Numbered from the stretch's first letter, positions 9,801 to 20,100 are shown. The stretch is DNA of 64,000 bases from an uncultured Chloroflexia bacterium (GCA_963805645.1 CAWDVA010000006.1:192078-256077); one strand, 5' to 3'. Notes: generated by a model not told the origin, from the sequence alone. Translations and numbers: made by a program.

Positions 9801-10463
9801 CTGCTCCTCCCGCACGGCTACGAGGGGCAGGGGCCGGAGCACTCGTCCGCCCGGCTGGAGCGCTACCTGGCGCTTGGCGCGGAGGGCAACATTCGCGTCG
9901 TCTATCCCACCACCCCGGCCCAGTACTTCCACCTCCTGCGCCGCCAGGGGAGGCACACCGAGCTGCGCCCCCTGCTGGTCATGACGCCCAAGTCGCTCCT
10001 CCGCCTGCCGGCGGCAGCCTCGCGGCTGGGGGACCTGACCGATGGCGCCTTCCACCGGGTCCTCGACGATCCCGAGCACGCCGACGACACGGCGAGGTCC
10101 GCGGTCCGGCGCGTGATCCTGTGCACCGGCAAGCTCTACTACGACCTGATGGGCTCGGAGCACCGGGCCGCGCTGCCCGAGGTCGCCGTGGTCCGTGTCG
10201 AGCAGCTCTATCCCTTCCCCACCGAGACGCTGCGCGCCGTCCTGGCCCGGTACCCGGCGGCCGAGAAGGTGACATGGGCCCAGGAGGAGCCGCGGAACAT
10301 GGGCGCCCGCAAGTTCGTCATGCCCAAGATCCGGCACCTCGTCCCGTTCAAGATCCCGCTGGGCGACGTCAGCCGGCCGGAGCGCTCGCGCCCGGCGGAG
10401 GGGTATCCCGGCGCGCACGCGACGGAGCAGGCCCGCATCGTTCGCGAGGCGTTCGGCGCCTGA
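6810..10463 (+). CDS. kgd: multifunctional 2-oxoglutarate dehydrogenase E1 with fused N-terminal E2 succinyltransferase domain (Kgd/OdhA type)
   Basis: About 1217 aa. An E2 catalytic DHRIIQG(AES)G motif is followed by a long TPP-dependent E1 domain. The N-terminus resembles actinobacterial Kgd. TTG 6801, GTG 6807 and ATG 6810 are all in frame. Confidence 0.9.
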   Translation: MASRDTIDSKPVAGDELPDDLNLINAGYIAQLYEAYRADPASVDPEWRTRFDAGFAGMEPLAAAPPTTDGSGGEASSADAAPPAEQALPPGATPIRGPAVRLVTNMTASLGVPTATSFRDLEVSILEARRRELNAQVAPRKVSFTHLIGYAIVRAAAEQRTMTHAFAETADGQPLRMDPGTLNLGLAVDVERPDGGRFLVVPVIKGADDMDFAAFHARYEELVAGARTNRLSPDDFAGGTITLTNPGTLGTTASVPRLMAGQGTIVATGAIRSLAGSRLMTITSTYDHRIIQGAESGLFLRRIDDALAGRDGFYEEVFAAMGAALGPAPAPAPESLTAAPPVSAAPTQPAPAPGAAADDLRHMAAAMALVGAYRLYGHLGATLDPLGGDPPGDPALDPAFHGLTPEIMDRIPAGQLGVHVGGETLSEVLAALRRTYTGTIAYEVEHLGNHAERAWLRRVIESGAHRAPLTADEQRRLLERLTAVEGLERFLHRAYLGQKRFSIEGLDAMVPMLDLILEMGAAQGTRRAVIGMAHRGRLNVLAHTVGMSYDAILAEFEAGRPDEAVMPDTEADDVKYHLGADGVFPCTAGEVAVSVMPNPSHLEAVDPVVEGRARAEQTDRSASPARVDTRRTLPILIHGDAAFAAQGVVAESFNLSRLPGYANGGTVHIIGNNQIGFTTGADEARSTTYSSDLAKGFDVPIVHVNADDPEACLAAARLAMLYRAEFDADMVIDLVGYRRYGHNEGDEPAYSQPIMYEKIATHPSVRDRYLERLVADGIVNADQAAEDAKALARAFAKRQAAVRKRATEPALDRGTDALPRDGGADPETAVPADVLRSLNDQLLSWPDGFSINTKLERQLERRRGAFDADEPRIEWGHAESLALGSLLLEGTPIRLSGQDSVRGTFSQRHQTLVDTQTGERYTPIQHLDGARASFELHNSPLSEYAALGFEYGYAVTAPEALVLWEAQYGDFANGAEIIIDQFLIAGLAKWRQTSRLTLLLPHGYEGQGPEHSSARLERYLALGAEGNIRVVYPTTPAQYFHLLRRQGRHTELRPLLVMTPKSLLRLPAAASRLGDLTDGAFHRVLDDPEHADDTARSAVRRVILCTGKLYYDLMGSEHRAALPEVAVVRVEQLYPFPTETLRAVLARYPAAEKVTWAQEEPRNMGARKFVMPKIRHLVPFKIPLGDVSRPERSRPAEGYPGAHATEQARIVREAFGA

Positions 10464-10708
10464 CGCGGCCCCTGCCCGCCCTCTCCAGGGCCGGGCGGCA
10501 CACGTCCGGCGAGTGCACCACCGCGCGGAGGCCGCGGCGATCATCCCGGCACGCGTGTGTCGAGTGGCGCGCTGCGCGAGCCCGACCTCAGGCGCCGTGG
10601 CACACGCGGCAGGTGTATCGACGCGGGGTCGGCGCTCGTGTCCGCCGACGCATCAGCCTGCCTTCGCGCGGGCGGGTGTTCGGGTATCCGGGCCGCGCCC
10701 CGTGGCGA

Positions 10709-12280
10709 TCAGTTGACCCGCTTCTCGCGCCCGGTCCAGTACGGCTCGCGCAGCTCCGCCTTCAGGATCTTCCCGGTTCCGCCCTTGGGGAGCGCGTCGC
10801 GGAACTCGATGTCGCGCGGGACCTTGAATCCGGCGAGCTGGGAGCGGACGTGCGCTCCCAGGTCATCGGCGGTGGCAGAGGCGCCTTCCTTGAGCACCAC
10901 GATGGCCACCGCGGCCTCGCCCCACCTGTCGTCCGGCACAGCGACGACGGCGCACTCGAGGACGGCGGCGTGCGAGGCGATGGCGTTCTCGATCTCCACC
11001 GAGCTGATGTTCTCGCCGCCGGAGATGATGATGTCCTTGGAACGGTCCTTGATGACGATATAGCCCCGCTCGTCGATGGTCGCCATGTCGCCGGTGTGGA
11101 ACCAGCCGTTGCGGATCTTCTCCGCGGTCGCTTCGGGATCCCGGTAGTACCCGTCCATCACCAGGTTGGAGCGGACGACGATCTCGCCGATCTGCCCCCC
11201 GGTGGGTGCCACGTCGTTGCCATCGGCGTCCACCACCCGCAGCGCGGTGCCCACCACCGCGTAGCCGGTCATGGCCTTGCGGGCGGCCTCCATCCCGGGA
11301 GCCTCGTGGCTCGTCAGCCAGGCGCGGGGACGTGCGAGGGCGATGACCGGGGTGGTCTCCGAGAGGCCGTAGCCCACGATGGCGTTGCAGCCGAGCTCGC
11401 GCTCGATGGCGTTCACCAGCGTGGGTGAGGCCGGCGCGCCGCCGATCATGGCCTCCTTGAGGCTCGACAGGTTGCGCGTAGCGTGATCGGGGTGGTTCAC
11501 CAGGGCGTTGAAGATGGTCGGCACGCCGAGCAGGTGGGTGACCCCCTCGGCCTCCACCAGGCGCAGCAGCTCGGCCGGGTCGAACTTGCGGAGCATCACG
11601 TGCCGCCCGCCAACGGCCGTCATCCAGTGCGGCGCGCCCCAGCCGTTGACGTGGAAGAGCGGCACCACGTGGAGGATCGTGTCTGCATCGGTGATGCGCA
11701 GCACGATCGCCGTCGAGAGCGCGTGGAGATGCAGGTTCCGATGGGTCAGCATCACGCCCTTCGGCCGCCCGGTGGTGCCCGACGTGTAGAAGAGCTCGGC
11801 CATGGCGTTCTCATCGATCTCCGGCGCCCGGTACTCGGTGGAGGCCTCGGCCAGAAGGGCCTCGTACTCGTCCGCCGGGCCCTCCATGCGCACCCAGCGC
11901 ACCTCGCTGGCGAGTGAGGGACGGAGGGCGGTCACCATCGGCTCGAAGTCGGTGTGGTAGAAGACGACCTTCGACCCCGCGTGACCCAGGATGTAGCCGA
12001 TCTCGGCCGCCGCCAGCCGCACGTTCAGCGGGTTGAGCACCGCGCCCACCTCCAGCACCCCGTAGTAGGCCTCCAAGAGCTGGTGGGTGTTGTAGGTCAT
12101 GAAGCTGACCCGGTCGCCGGGCCGCACCGCCAGACCGCGCAGCGCATTGGCGAGCCGATGGGTTCGCTCCGCGTACTGCGCGTAGGTGAAACGCTTCTCG
12201 CCGTCCACCACGGCCTCGACGTCGCCGAAGTAGGCGGCAGCTCGATCACGAAACTCCAGGACGCTCAACGGGACGCGCAT
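10709..12280 (-). CDS. AMP-dependent acyl-CoA synthetase/ligase (FadD-like)
   Basis: YTSGTTGRPKGV AMP-binding motif, and GYGLSETT and GWFHTGD motifs. Confidence 0.85.
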   Translation of the reverse strand: MRVPLSVLEFRDRAAAYFGDVEAVVDGEKRFTYAQYAERTHRLANALRGLAVRPGDRVSFMTYNTHQLLEAYYGVLEVGAVLNPLNVRLAAAEIGYILGHAGSKVVFYHTDFEPMVTALRPSLASEVRWVRMEGPADEYEALLAEASTEYRAPEIDENAMAELFYTSGTTGRPKGVMLTHRNLHLHALSTAIVLRITDADTILHVVPLFHVNGWGAPHWMTAVGGRHVMLRKFDPAELLRLVEAEGVTHLLGVPTIFNALVNHPDHATRNLSSLKEAMIGGAPASPTLVNAIERELGCNAIVGYGLSETTPVIALARPRAWLTSHEAPGMEAARKAMTGYAVVGTALRVVDADGNDVAPTGGQIGEIVVRSNLVMDGYYRDPEATAEKIRNGWFHTGDMATIDERGYIVIKDRSKDIIISGGENISSVEIENAIASHAAVLECAVVAVPDDRWGEAAVAIVVLKEGASATADDLGAHVRSQLAGFKVPRDIEFRDALPKGGTGKILKAELREPYWTGREKRVN

Positions 12281-12343
12281 GGCTCAGTCGGTCCTCGTGC
12301 TGCAATGGGAGATCAGCATACGGCCGCCCGCCATACTGGCGCC

Positions 12344-13399
12344 ATGCAGGCGACGCCGCTTCTCGAGCGCTACCGCCACCTCCTCGCGCACCCAGACGAC
12401 GAGCCGTTCCCGCTCACCCTGGGCGAGGGAGGCACCCCGCTGATCCGTGCCCGCCGGCTGGGCGAGGCGCTGGGCCTGGATCGCCTGTACCTGAAGTTCG
12501 AGGGAACGAATCCGACCGGGAGCTTCAAGGACCGCGGCATGGTGCTGGCCGTGACCCGGGCGGTGGCGCGCGGCGCACGAGCCGTCGTCTGCGCGTCGAC
12601 CGGGAACACGGCCGCCTCCGCCGCGGCCTACGCGGCCGCGGCGGGGATCCCCGCCTTCGTCCTCCTCCCCGCCGGCAAGGTCGCCCGCGGCAAGCTTGCC
12701 CAGGCGCTGGTGGCAGGGGCGCGGCTGGTGATGATCGACGGGAACTTCGACCAAGCGCTCGAGGCGGTCCGCCGCCTGGGCGAGGAGGGGGTGGCGGCCG
12801 TCGTCAACTCCATCAACCCCGACCGCCTCGAGGGACAGCAGACCGGCGCCTGGGAGATCTGCGACGCCCTGGATGCGGCGCCCGACGCACTGGCCCTCCC
12901 CGTCGGCAATGCGGGGAACATCAGCGCCTACTGGCGCGGCTTCAGCCGGTACGCGGCCGAGGGCCGGACCGCGGGCCGTCCGCGGATGCTTGGATTCCAG
13001 GCGGAGGGCGCCGCGCCGATCGTGCGCGGGGCACCGGTCGCACAGCCGGAGACGGTGGCGACCGCGATCCGCATCGGCAATCCCGCCTCCTGGCAGCTGG
13101 CGGTCGCCGCACGCGACGAGTCCGGCGGGACCATCGCGGCGGTGAGCGACGAGGAGATCGTGGCGGCGCAGCACGACGTCGTGCGCCTGGAGGGGGTCTT
13201 CTGCGAACCCGCCTCGGCGGCGGGCGTGGCCGGGGTGCGGCAGCTGGTCGCGGACGGGCGCCTCCATCGGTCCGACGCGGTCGTCTGCGTGCTCACCGGC
13301 CACGGCCTCAAGGACCCCGACGCGGTGCAGGCGGAGGAGGGCAGCCTGACGCCGGTGCCGGCCGAGCTCGGCGCCATCCGCAAGGCGATGGGCCTCTAG
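12344..13399 (+). CDS. thrC: threonine synthase
   Basis: TGSFKDRG PLP-lysine motif at 352 aa. ATG at 12344 is the plausible start. The track ORF extends spuriously upstream. Confidence 0.85.
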   Translation: MQATPLLERYRHLLAHPDDEPFPLTLGEGGTPLIRARRLGEALGLDRLYLKFEGTNPTGSFKDRGMVLAVTRAVARGARAVVCASTGNTAASAAAYAAAAGIPAFVLLPAGKVARGKLAQALVAGARLVMIDGNFDQALEAVRRLGEEGVAAVVNSINPDRLEGQQTGAWEICDALDAAPDALALPVGNAGNISAYWRGFSRYAAEGRTAGRPRMLGFQAEGAAPIVRGAPVAQPETVATAIRIGNPASWQLAVAARDESGGTIAAVSDEEIVAAQHDVVRLEGVFCEPASAAGVAGVRQLVADGRLHRSDAVVCVLTGHGLKDPDAVQAEEGSLTPVPAELGAIRKAMGL

Positions 13400-13414
13400 C
13401 CGGCCCGGGTCCCG

Positions 13415-15055
13415 TCAGTCGGCCGGAGAAAGGCGACCGGCGATCACGGCCTCCGCGGCGGCCCCGCTCTGCGGGTAGCCGGTCACCACCTCGAGGAACG
13501 GCACCCGCTCGAGCGCCAGGAGCTCCGTCTCGGCGACGGCCACCACAGATGCGGTGCGCGGCACGTCGCGCAGCAGCGCGATCTCCCCGAACCCCTCGCC
13601 CGGACCGAGCTCGCGGACCGGCTCCCCGTCCACGAGGACGCGGACCCGTCCCTCCGCGACGACGTAGTACCGATCCCCCGGCTCGCCCTGGCGGATGATC
13701 TCGGCGCCGGTGTCTGCATGAGCGGGGACCAGGTTGGCTGCCAGCCGCTCGAGCACGAGCGCGGAGAGCGGCGCGAAGATCGGGATGTCGCGGAGCAGGG
13801 TCAGCTCCACGAGGTGGACCTCCGAGGCCATGTCGATCTCCCGGAGGGAGCGGGCCGCGAGGAGGACGGCAACCGGCAGCAGCAGACCGGTGAGCACGAA
13901 GGCGCCATGGGGTCCGAGCGCCGCCACCACGAGGGAGGCTCCCATGGAGCCGGCCGCCAGCGACGCCATGCTGACCCCCTCGAGGACCCCGAAGATCCGG
14001 GCCAGCATGGCGTGCGGTGCGACGCGCTGCAGCAGGGTGCGCCCGGCGACGTCCATCACGCTGCGGCCGGCGCCTGCGACCATCAGGAGCGAGACCGCAA
14101 GGAGCAGGCTCGACGAAACGCCCAGGAAGGCGAGCGGCAGTCCGTAGACCATGGCGCCCAGGCCGTACGGGACGGCGAGCCTCGGACGGCCGATGAGCGT
14201 CACGGTGAGCGCCACTCCCAGCAGTCCGCCCGCGCCGATCACCGCGCCGAGGTAGCCGACGGCGGGATCGTCGAGGGAGAGCAATTCGAGCGCGAGGACC
14301 ACCACGAGGACGTCCATGGCTCCCCACACCACGTCGGAAAGGGCGAAGAGTCCGGCGACCGGGCGGAGCCGTCCGGGCCCGAGCAACGCCCCGAACCCGT
14401 CCACCAGGGCGGCGACGGGACGGCCACGCACGCCGGCCCCCGCGCCGGCGGGCACGGCAGTCCTTCCCACGGCCAGGGCGACCAGCGCGCCGGAGGCGAG
14501 GACGACGGCACCGAAGACGGCGAAGACCGGCGCGATGCCGCCGATGGCCAGGCCCAGCCCGGCGAGACCGGGGCCGACGAGGAGCGACCCGTTCTCGATG
14601 ATCCCGCTCGTGACGTTCGCGGCGGTGAGCTCGGCCGGGGTATCGGCGAGTGCCGGGATGAGGGCCGCCTGGAGCGGACGGGTCAGGGTCATCGCGGCGT
14701 TCGCCAGCGCCGCGAGGGCGTACACCGGAACGACCGGCAGGCCGGCGCCGATGGCGGCCGCGAGCGCGATGATCGACGTGCCCTGGAGCACGTACGCGAG
14801 CACGAGCATCCGGTCCCGGCGGTATCGGTCCCCCAGCACGGCGGCAACCGGCGCCAGGACGGCCGCCGGCGCGAGCTGGACGAGCACGGCGATGCCGACT
14901 CCGGTGGCCCCGCCCACGTTGAAGGCGTAGACCAGCATCCCGATCCACTCGACCCACTCGGCGAGGGCGAATCCCAGGTACGCCGCCTCGATCGCGGCGA
15001 TGCGCCGATTCCGCAGCACCGCGAGGAGCACGCTGAGCGACGCACCGAGCGCCAT
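13415..15055 (-). CDS. MFS transporter fused to C-terminal CAP-type cyclic-nucleotide-binding domain
   Basis: The N-terminal about 400 aa are highly hydrophobic with 12 TM segments. The C-terminus carries GEGFGEIALL...RTASVVA, the cNMP-binding cassette. Confidence 0.8.
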   Translation of the reverse strand: MALGASLSVLLAVLRNRRIAAIEAAYLGFALAEWVEWIGMLVYAFNVGGATGVGIAVLVQLAPAAVLAPVAAVLGDRYRRDRMLVLAYVLQGTSIIALAAAIGAGLPVVPVYALAALANAAMTLTRPLQAALIPALADTPAELTAANVTSGIIENGSLLVGPGLAGLGLAIGGIAPVFAVFGAVVLASGALVALAVGRTAVPAGAGAGVRGRPVAALVDGFGALLGPGRLRPVAGLFALSDVVWGAMDVLVVVLALELLSLDDPAVGYLGAVIGAGGLLGVALTVTLIGRPRLAVPYGLGAMVYGLPLAFLGVSSSLLLAVSLLMVAGAGRSVMDVAGRTLLQRVAPHAMLARIFGVLEGVSMASLAAGSMGASLVVAALGPHGAFVLTGLLLPVAVLLAARSLREIDMASEVHLVELTLLRDIPIFAPLSALVLERLAANLVPAHADTGAEIIRQGEPGDRYYVVAEGRVRVLVDGEPVRELGPGEGFGEIALLRDVPRTASVVAVAETELLALERVPFLEVVTGYPQSGAAAEAVIAGRLSPAD

Positions 15056-15059
15056 GGGC

Positions 15060-16187
15060 TCAGCTCCGTCCGTGTGCGGCGAGGACTTCGATCAGCCGAT
15101 CGTGCGGGAGGGCGTGAGCGGTGATCCCGTCCCTCCCGGTCATGGTGTGGGCGGCGAGCAGCGCGTTGACGATGGCCTCCTCCGTGGCCTCGATGGCCGC
15201 CCAGAAGAGCGGCCCCAGGCGGTCGTCGCGCACGGCCGAGACGTCGTAGGTCGGGCCACTCCCGGGCGCCGCGGTATCCACCGAGGCGTTGCCGGTGGCG
15301 AAGGCGATCACCAGGTCCCCGCTCGAAGGCTCCCCGGCGCCGCCCGCCCGACCGATGCCCAGCGCCGGACGCTGGGCGAGGCGAGTGCACTGGTGGGAAA
15401 GGAGCGGCGCGTCGGTGGCAACCACCACGATGATGGACCCTGCGCCCGGTGGGGCCGATGAGCCGGGCAGGGGCACCACCTCGGGGCCGATCGCCTCGCC
15501 GACCGGCACGCCGGCGACGCTCAGGCGCGAGCGCCGGCCGTAGTTGGCCTGGACCAGGACGCCCACCGTGTAGCCGCCATCGGCCACCGGAATGACGCGC
15601 GACGCGGTGCCGATGCCACCCTTGAAGCCGTGGCAGATCATCCCGGTGCCGCCGCCCACGTTTCCCTCGGGCACGCGGCCGGGCGCGGCCGCCGCCCAGG
15701 CCTCCTCGAGGTGAGCCGCGGTGACGTGGAACCCGTCGATGTCGTTCAGGACGCCGTCCCAGGTCTCGCCCACCACCGGAAGCGACCAGAGCCGTGCGTC
15801 CGCGCCCCGCTCCCGTCGCTCGAGGGCGATGAGCGCATCCCGCACCGTGCCGACCGAATGCGTGTTCGTCAGCGCAACCGGTGACGTCAGCAGGCCTGCC
15901 TCGCGAACCCACTCCAGCCCGGTGAGCTCCCCGTTGCCGTTGAGCCGATGGCATCCGGCGAAGGCGGGCCGTGGCCAAGGTTCTCCGGGTGGCACCACGA
16001 CCGTGACCCCGGTTCGGACCGGACCGGCGCCGACCCGGAGCGGTCCGTCGCCGCGCTCGATGGTGGCGTGCCCGACCCGGACGCCGGCGACGTCGGTGAT
16101 GGCGTTGGCCGGACCGGGGTCGAGCTGGCCGATGCGAACGCCGAGATCGCGCGCCCGGGCGGGCGGGTCCCGGTCAGTCGATGCCAT
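15060..16187 (-). CDS. DmpA/S58-family self-processing L-aminopeptidase-like protein
   Basis: N-terminal GxLxPGPANAITDVAGVRVGH signature and internal GGGTG. Confidence 0.75.
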   Translation of the reverse strand: MASTDRDPPARARDLGVRIGQLDPGPANAITDVAGVRVGHATIERGDGPLRVGAGPVRTGVTVVVPPGEPWPRPAFAGCHRLNGNGELTGLEWVREAGLLTSPVALTNTHSVGTVRDALIALERRERGADARLWSLPVVGETWDGVLNDIDGFHVTAAHLEEAWAAAAPGRVPEGNVGGGTGMICHGFKGGIGTASRVIPVADGGYTVGVLVQANYGRRSRLSVAGVPVGEAIGPEVVPLPGSSAPPGAGSIIVVVATDAPLLSHQCTRLAQRPALGIGRAGGAGEPSSGDLVIAFATGNASVDTAAPGSGPTYDVSAVRDDRLGPLFWAAIEATEEAIVNALLAAHTMTGRDGITAHALPHDRLIEVLAAHGRS

Positions 16188-16635
16188 CGTCGCCGGCGCG
16201 GTTCGTCACCGCGACGCCGGAACCGACGATCAGCACGCTGAATGTCAGCGTGGGCGCGTCCGGCGGCAGGTCGTCCTGTCCCTGGAGCTCGATCGCGAGG
16301 CCCTGGGTCAGGCCGCGACGCACGACCTCCACGCGGCAGCCGGCGGGGAGTCGGATCGCCACGCCGGACATGAGGGTGGTGACCTCCAGGCGGGCGCCCC
16401 CGGGGGCGAGCTGCACCCCGCTCAGGTCCAGGTCGGCGCCCGCGAACCAGGTCGCAAACGTTCCGCCGCGGAACGCGGAGGCGCGGCTGCGGAGGGCGAG
16501 GCTGTCGGCAATGACCACCAGGGCCAGCTCGTCGCTCGTCTCGTCCCCGTGGGAGGGGATCAGGGCCCGCGCCGCCAGGGCCGAGCCGATCAGACCGGTG
16601 AAGATGCCCAGGGCGAAGAGGAGAATCCGGCGCAT
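16174..16635 (-). CDS. small membrane-anchored protein (N-terminal TM, beta-rich C-domain; LiaF-like?)
   Basis: MRRILLFALGIFTGLIGSALAA is a transmembrane anchor. The gene overlaps the downstream start by 14 nt. It sits between a REC gene and a peptidase gene. Confidence 0.5.
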   Translation of the reverse strand: MRRILLFALGIFTGLIGSALAARALIPSHGDETSDELALVVIADSLALRSRASAFRGGTFATWFAGADLDLSGVQLAPGGARLEVTTLMSGVAIRLPAGCRVEVVRRGLTQGLAIELQGQDDLPPDAPTLTFSVLIVGSGVAVTNRAGDDGID

Positions 16636-16639
16636 GGCG

Positions 16640-17038
16640 TCATGCTAGGGCCTTGCACCCGCACGCGGCCAGTGCCGCTGCCACGAACTCCTCCGGTGCC
16701 GACGCCTTTGGCAGGTAGCCGTCCGCGCTGGCCAGCAGGGCGGGGCGCTCGAGCGCATCGGACCAGCCCATCAGGATCACGCTGGCGCCCGGGGCCAGGA
16801 CACGCGCGGCGCCGATCAGGGCCTCGCCGGCATCGATCTCGGGGAGGCGCGGGTCCACGAGCACAAGCGACGGTTGCAGCTCCTCCACGACGGCCAGCGC
16901 CCGGGGAACGTCGCCCGCGGTGACGACGACCGGAACGCCGGCCAGGGCGAGCAGGTCGGCGAGGGACTGTCGAACCCGACGGTCGGCGTCAACGACGACG
17001 ATCCGCAGATCCTGGACGGGGTCTCCTTGATGGGGCAC
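16640..17038 (-). CDS. stand-alone response-regulator receiver (CheY-like) protein
   Basis: IVVVDAD...LVLVDPRLPE...YLPK show the acidic pocket, phospho-Asp and conserved Lys. There is no output domain. Confidence 0.7.
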   Translation of the reverse strand: MPHQGDPVQDLRIVVVDADRRVRQSLADLLALAGVPVVVTAGDVPRALAVVEELQPSLVLVDPRLPEIDAGEALIGAARVLAPGASVILMGWSDALERPALLASADGYLPKASAPEEFVAAALAACGCKALA

Positions 17039-17100
17039 GTGCCCATTCTTCGCCTGGACGCTCGCGCGCGCGTCGGCCGAGTAGCGGTGGCGGCGCTACG

Positions 17101-20100
17101 TCATTCGGCCGAGGACCCGGCCGAGGGCGCCGGCTCGGTCTCGTCAGCGGACTCGGCGGGGATGCGCCAGGTCACGCTCACCGCGGTGCCGTGTCCGGGC
17201 CGGCTGGTGACCGCGAACTCCGCCCCGATCCGCTCCGCCCGCTGGCGCATGCCGACCAGTCCCAGGTGGCCACGCGGCGTGTTGGCGGGGTCGAAGCCGA
17301 TGCCGTCATCGGTCACCGACAGGCGGATCTCGCCGCCGATGCGGGCCAGCAGGATCCGCGCCGACGAGGCGTTCGCGTGCTTGACGACGTTGTGGAGGGC
17401 TTCCTGCCCGATGCGATAGAGGGTCTCCTCCGCCTCGGAGGGCAGGCGCTCGGGGAGCCCCGTGTCGGCCTCCACGGTGACGGAGAGCCCGGTCCTGCCC
17501 TGCACCGCGGCGGCGTGGGTGCGCAGGGCCTGCTCCAGCCCGTCCTGCTCCAGGCTCTTCGGCCGGAGCTCGAAGATGAGCGTGCGCATCTCGGCCAGCG
17601 CGTCCTTCTGGAGGTCCCGCAGCTCCGCCAGCTTCCCGCGGGCGGCGCCCGGGTCCTGGTCCAGCAGCAGCTCGAGCGAGCGCATGGTGAGACCCATGCT
17701 GAAGAGCGCCTGGGTGACGCTGTCATGCAGCTCGCGCGCGAGGTTGCCGCGCTCCTGGGACGCTGCGATCTCCGCCGCCTGGGCGCGCAGGTCCACTTCG
17801 AGGCGCTCGCGGACGCTGATGTCTCGGACCGCGCCGTGCGCGCCGACGACCTTGCCGTCGACGATTTCCGCGATCCCCGTCGTCTCGGCGGGGATGGGAT
17901 GGCCGTCGCGATGCCGCAGATGGAAGCGGATCATGAGGTCCGGCTCGGTGTTGTCCACCATCCGCTGCCACTCCTCGTTCACGCGGTTCCCGCTGTCGGG
18001 GTGGACCAGGATGCGGAAGTGCTTGCCCACCAGCTCCTCGGCCTTCCAGCCGGAGAGGCGCTCGATGGTCTCGGAGAAGTACGTCAGCGTCCCGTCGGCG
18101 CGCGCGGACCAGATCGTGTCCGGCGAGTTCTCAACCAGGTGCCGGTAGCGGCGCTCGCTGCTCTCGACCTGTGCCCACAGCCGCGCGTTGCTGACCGCCA
18201 CCGCGGCCTGGTTGGCCAGGGTTCCCAAAAGCTCCGCGTCGTCCGCGTCCCACGCGTCGGGGCGCTGCGCGTCCATGAGCATGGCGCCCAGCCAGCCGTG
18301 CTCCCCGATCAGCGGCGCCGCCAGCACGGAATGGATGCCCTGGTCCCTCACCCAGGCGTCGGCTTCCGGCGAGTGCCTGAACCCCGGGTCGTTCAGGTAG
18401 TCCCCGGTGACGACCACGCGACCCTCGATCAGGGCCCTTCCGGCGATGCCCTGGTCCGGCTCGTCGAGGTCGGGCGAATCCGGGGGCGGCGCATCGGTCG
18501 GGCGACCGAACGTGTGGGCCAGCCGCAACCCCGGGCCGGGCTCGGTGACGAGGTCCATCTCGCCGCCATCGGCCTTGAGCAGTCGGGCCGCCTCGTCCAC
18601 CGTGCGCTGGAGGATGACCGCCGGATCGCGCATGGCCGTCAGCTGCCGGGCGATCTCCGACAGCGTCTGCTGCGCGTCGACCCGGCGTGCCAGCTCATCG
18701 GTCTGCCGGCGAAGGTCGTTCTCCAGCGTGACCCGCTCGCTGATGTCGCGGGTAGACCCGTGCACGCCCACGAACGCGCCGTCGCGCTCGATCCCGATGG
18801 CGCGCGTCTCGACGGGGACCACGCCACCGCCCTTGCGCATCAGCCCGAAGTCGACGCGTCGCTCGGTCGAAGGGTCCGAGACGATCGCCGCCCACTCCGC
18901 GCCGATCGCGTCGAGCGACTCGGGAGCGATGATGCTCATGAACGGCCTGCCGACCAGCTTGTCCGGCTCCCAGCCCGCGATGGCGGCGATGGCGTCGGAG
19001 ACGAAGGTGAAGGCGCCGTCGGCGTCGATCTCGTAGATGATGTCCGGCGCCTGCTCCACCAGGAACCGATAGCGGCGCTCCGACTCGTGGATCTGCTCCA
19101 CCAGGGTCGCGTTCGACAGGGCGATGGCACCCTGGTCTGCGAGGCGCTGGAGAAGGTCCAGCTGCTCCGGGTCGATCGAGCACGGCTTGCGGTACGAGAC
19201 CGCCAGGGTGCCGAGAATCTCGCCGCCGGGCGCGCGAAGCGGCGCGACCGCCATGCCGCGCAGGCCCATCCGCTCCGCGGTGTGCTGGTCGTCGGCCTCG
19301 TGGGGGATGCGCGGGTCGACCATGTAGTCCTCGGTCCACACCGCCCTGCCCAGCGACGCCGCGAGACCGTTCATCCCGCCGGCCACCGGGAAGGCCTGCG
19401 ACGCCAGCCAGCGCCGCGTGCGGGCGTCCGTCCCGCCAGCGATGACCCGTGGCCGCAGGAACGCGCCGGAGCCGTCGGGCACGGTCAGGTGCGCGCCGTC
19501 GGAGGCGAGGAGGCGATGCGCGGCGTCCACCACCTCCTGCAGAACCTCGGCCGGGTGACGCAGGGCGGTGATCCGGGCCGCGATCTCGCCAAGCGTGCGC
19601 TGGGCCTCGACCCGCCGCGCCAGCTCGTCCGCGCGCCGCCGCAGGTCCTCCTGCAGCCGCTCGTTGGCAAGCGTCACGGCGGCGTGGTTGGCGAGCGCCC
19701 TCAGGAGCCCGAGCTGCGCCGGATCGAAGGTGTGCGCCCGTCCGATGAAGACTCCCAGCGCCCCGAGGGACTCCCCGTCGGCGACGAGCGGCGCAACGGC
19801 CATGGCCCGCATCCCGGCGGTCTCCACGATCTGGTCCGCCACGTCGGAATGGGTGAATCCCGCGTCGTTGGGGTAGTCCTCGGTGGTGACCAGCTCCGCG
19901 CGGGCGAACGCGGTGCCGAACATGCCGACGCCCACAGGGAGAGTCAGCCCGTGGATCAGGCGACGGGCGGTGCGGTTGCGGATCCCCGCATCCCGCGCGA
20001 ACCGCAGCACGTTCGCATCCGCGTCGTACAGGTAGATCATCGCGCCGTCCGCCTGGAGCAGGCGCGCAGCTTCCTCGGCGGCGCCCTTCAGCACCGCGGA

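Noticed and set aside
9431-11428. 665-aa plus-strand ORF spanning the end of kgd and the antisense of the acyl-CoA ligase
   Set aside because: Low-complexity Arg/Pro/Gly-rich translation. It overlaps two well-supported genes.
13718-15978. Plus and minus ORFs (13718..15124 +, 14689..15978 -) overlapping the MFS-cNMP and DmpA genes
   Set aside because: Extremely Arg/Gly/Asp-rich and not protein-like. These are alternative frames of confidently assigned genes.
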